A stretch of 63,419 nt of DNA, the filler included, from Reticulomyxa filosa (lineage: Eukaryota; Protista; Foraminifera), in the NCBI GenBank assembly GCA_000512085.1. It is 19 parts of 19 records of this genome, joined end to end, with 100 filler letters (N's around TTAATTAATTAA, not from the genome) between each part and the next. Parts side by side here need not be neighbours in the genome. Positions count along the whole stretch, not along the records: positions 57,289 to 61,867 come from ASPP01024991.1; positions 61,968 to 63,419 come from ASPP01026423.1; 17 more parts are not named here. One strand, given 5' to 3'. The notes below the pieces were generated by a model. That model worked only from the letters and a program-made list of their open reading frames with translations. It ran no database searches and was not told the origin of the DNA. The translations under genes were made by a program, and so were the position numbers. Shown piece by piece: positions 60,974-63,419 of the stretch. Position 1 is the stretch's first letter; every line of letters begins with the position of its first letter.

Positions 60974-61730
60974 TTACTCGTTTCCAAAAGGATTCCATTC
61001 TTTGAGTTCATCAATAATCAGTGCATACTTGGTATTGTAATTGTCAATCATATATTTGTCCAAACACGGACTGCCGTACGTTTTGTGGTTTCCTCCTGGA
61101 TGATTTTTGAAATTCCAATGCCAATGGCATGGCCACGCGCTCCATTCTGACTCCTCCAAGCACTTGAGTAGTTTGCCACGATTCTTCCTGTCGTAAGGCC
61201 GCACAATGGTTTGTCGAAATGATTTGCCAAAGCAGCAATCCGGGAAGGGCAGCGTGATGCATCCACGGCGAGTACTCGCTAACGTGGTGTCGGGCTTTTC
61301 CAATGTCTGTTTGAACCAATAGCAACATTGGGCCCATAAATAATATGTGCCATAGCTCTTTGGTGCGGCCATTTTTTCTATTATCAAACGTATTTTATGT
61401 ATTTTTGGCATATATAAAAGATATTTGATCAAATAAAAAAAAACTTGGCAAATGAGAGTATCCCAAATCCTCCATCGTGAAAGGTTGGGAATTAACGCGA
61501 TGGAATTCATTGACAGTGAATAGCACTTTGGTGTGCGCCCACAAATGGATCAAATCAGCAGCGGCGTGATAATAGCTGTAGTTGTTGGGCTTTGTCTTGC
61601 GCAGCACATCACGAATTTTCAGCATTTGCACGTGCACCTGCTCCACACCTGCTTTGGTACAAGGCAGTTTGATCGACAGCATATTTTCTACTTCCACAAG
61701 GCAGTCAGGGTCATGAACCCGTGCTGCTTT
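60974..61730 (-). CDS. C-terminal exons of an ATXR3/SDG2-like SET-domain histone methyltransferase
   Basis: HAAADLIHLWAHTK, DLG, K.YG..Y..AQ..YW..Q..PD, RGCITLP, WP..W.F and YGSPCLD match the recalled ATXR3 C-terminal domain; intron at 61378-61444; the SET domain itself is not in the window. Confidence 0.75.
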
Positions 61731-61967
61731 CTGATCAGAGAGAAAAAGAAAAGGAGAGAAAAGAGAATGGGGGGGGGGGAATGAAGGAAAGGAGATAGAT
61801 GACATACGTTTCTTTAATCATCATCAATTAATTGAAGCAATTAAAGTAGTCAAACAAACCTAAAAAANNNNNNNNNNNNNNNNNNNNNNNNNNNNNNNNN
61901 NNNNNNNNNNNTTAATTAATTAANNNNNNNNNNNNNNNNNNNNNNNNNNNNNNNNNNNNNNNNNNNN

Positions 61968-62460
61968 GATTGTAATGAAATTGAATGAAACACAAATTGA
62001 TTCTCTTTTCACATGTTTGATTTGGACTCAAAGATAACGGTACACGGTATCGAGAATTCTATGCAACATCTATTGGATATCTTTCAACAAAATTAAATAA
62101 AAAGCAATTGAGTAACGTTTTTGAATGTTTAAATGGATTAAAAGATGAAAATGAATGTATTTGTGCATTAAAATTGAATGATAAACAATTGGATAGAGTT
62201 TTCAGTACTTTTATTCATGGATTAAAAGATAAATATAACTGGGTTTGTAAATCATGTGTAAAATCACTTGGTATAATTGCAACAAAAGAGTGAGAAATGG
62301 AAAGAGTGTTCAGCACTTTGATGAATGGATTAAGATAAAAATAATTATGTTTGTGTGTCATGTGCAAAATCACTTGGAGTAATTTCAACGAATTTGACCG
62401 ATAAACAACTGAAAAAAGTTTTCAATGCTTTGCCATATAAACGGAGACCCTCTTACTTTG
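61968..62460 (+). pseudogene. Degraded HEAT-like repeat array (lineage-expanded family)
   Basis: Repeats of KQLDRVFSTFIHGLKDKYNWVCKSCVKSLGIIA with stops and frameshifts. Confidence 0.7.
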
Positions 62461-63419
62461 ATTTCTTTCAGAGTTTTTTAAAACTAAAATTTTGTCAAGT
62501 TGGATATGCTTAATTTATTATTTTTGGATTGGTTGTTTTCACTTGATTCATATCGGACTAATATTACATCTTTCAAAGAACCGACTGTAGAAGAAAAAAT
62601 ATATTTGGAAATGTCGCAGTTATGTTTTTTTGTAGATTAGAGTGGTATCGGTGTATCCACTTAATTTTGAAATGATAACAAAATACTGCGACTTGTTAAA
62701 AGAAAGGAAAAAGCCCCTTTTGAATCGAAGTATAGTTTTATTTATCAAGGTCGTGCTTCTAGCTGAAAAGAATTACTTTTTATTGAATTTGAGATCTGCT
62801 ATTTACTTGAAATACATCAACATTGCAACAGGAGAAGTGAAAAATAGCAAATGATTATTGCTTCCACTTACTTATGTATTTCATTGTTAATTATATTTTT
62901 TTGACAAATCAAATTTAATTTGTTTAAGTCATTTTTCTTCAATTCCTTCATACCAATGTAATATCTGCAACATTTACTTCAAACAAATTTATTCTTTATC
63001 TCAAGTAATTGCATCGATCTTATGTTTGATAATGATACAATTTTTATTTTGAGCAAAAGATAATATTGTTATCTTGAAAAAATAAAATCAATTATTTTAA
63101 TTTTGTTTACTGATTTTTTGAGGGTACAGAACCGAGAGTAGTTGCTACTTTACTTTATCCATGTTTACCACGGTCAAGAAAGGATCTTTTTTTTTTGCAC
63201 GTCAAGGTTTATCGAATGCGCCTTATCTTTTGTTTTCCTCCAACGAGAAAAAAAATACAGTTTATCTGATAAATATGATACTTCGACCAGCAGCCCAATA
63301 CAATAAATTATTTTCAATTAATACCTTTTTTAATTGCTTCTGAATCATTCCCAATAAAAATGCTGCACCTTCTTCCAATAATGGTTTATAATTCTCTTCA
63401 TTAACGATTTTGATTACAC

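Noticed and set aside
3701-61967. Recurrent TTAATTAATTAA palindrome as a repeat array or CRISPR-like element
   Set aside because: Always centred in exactly 44+44 Ns; it is an artificial all-frame-stop linker, and ORFs ending in 'XXXLIN' are artefacts
1-63419. tRNA, rRNA, CRISPR arrays, telomeric repeats
   Set aside because: None recognised by eye; a covariance-model search was not possible

Overview
The window is not one locus. It is 19 unrelated short contigs joined by 18 artificial 100-nt spacers (N44-TTAATTAATTAA-N44), so adjacency across a spacer means nothing. Eighteen contigs are AT-rich, intron-containing eukaryotic DNA. Their expanded Kelch-like, WD40 and HEAT families and many pseudogenes look like the foraminiferan Reticulomyxa (Rhizaria); this is inference. 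One contig (28810-30446) is GC-rich bacterial DNA (LysR regulator plus a divergent gene), most likely a contaminant or co-sequenced bacterium. Recognisable genes: a PAQR protein with an extra N-terminal membrane domain, a PUD-1/2-like protein, the 5' end of an RGG+WW Argonaute/Piwi, NXF1/TAP, a protein with roughly 25 RPEL-like repeats, Kelch-like and WD40 propellers, a dead USP, a decayed non-LTR retrotransposon, a 4-TM protein, a Ser/Thr kinase, MO25/CAB39 and an ATXR3/SDG2-like C-terminus. The most striking object is a 7.7-kb intronless unit (38678-46386, minus strand) on a host contig. It encodes ankyrin - Pol-beta/DUF294-type nucleotidyltransferase - HEPN-like RxxxxxH domain - PI3/4K/HipA-like kinase - LRR - HEAT, split by a single -1 frame change at an ATGA overlap. 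It may be a domesticated endosymbiont-type effector or a sensor/effector immune protein. Other leads are a ~30-aa HWxRxLxIKLGWIxDF module shared by Kelch C-termini and WD40 N-termini, a giant-virus-like orphan ORF, and A-rich rather than pyrimidine-rich splice acceptors. All family assignments come from motif recognition by eye, not from database searches.
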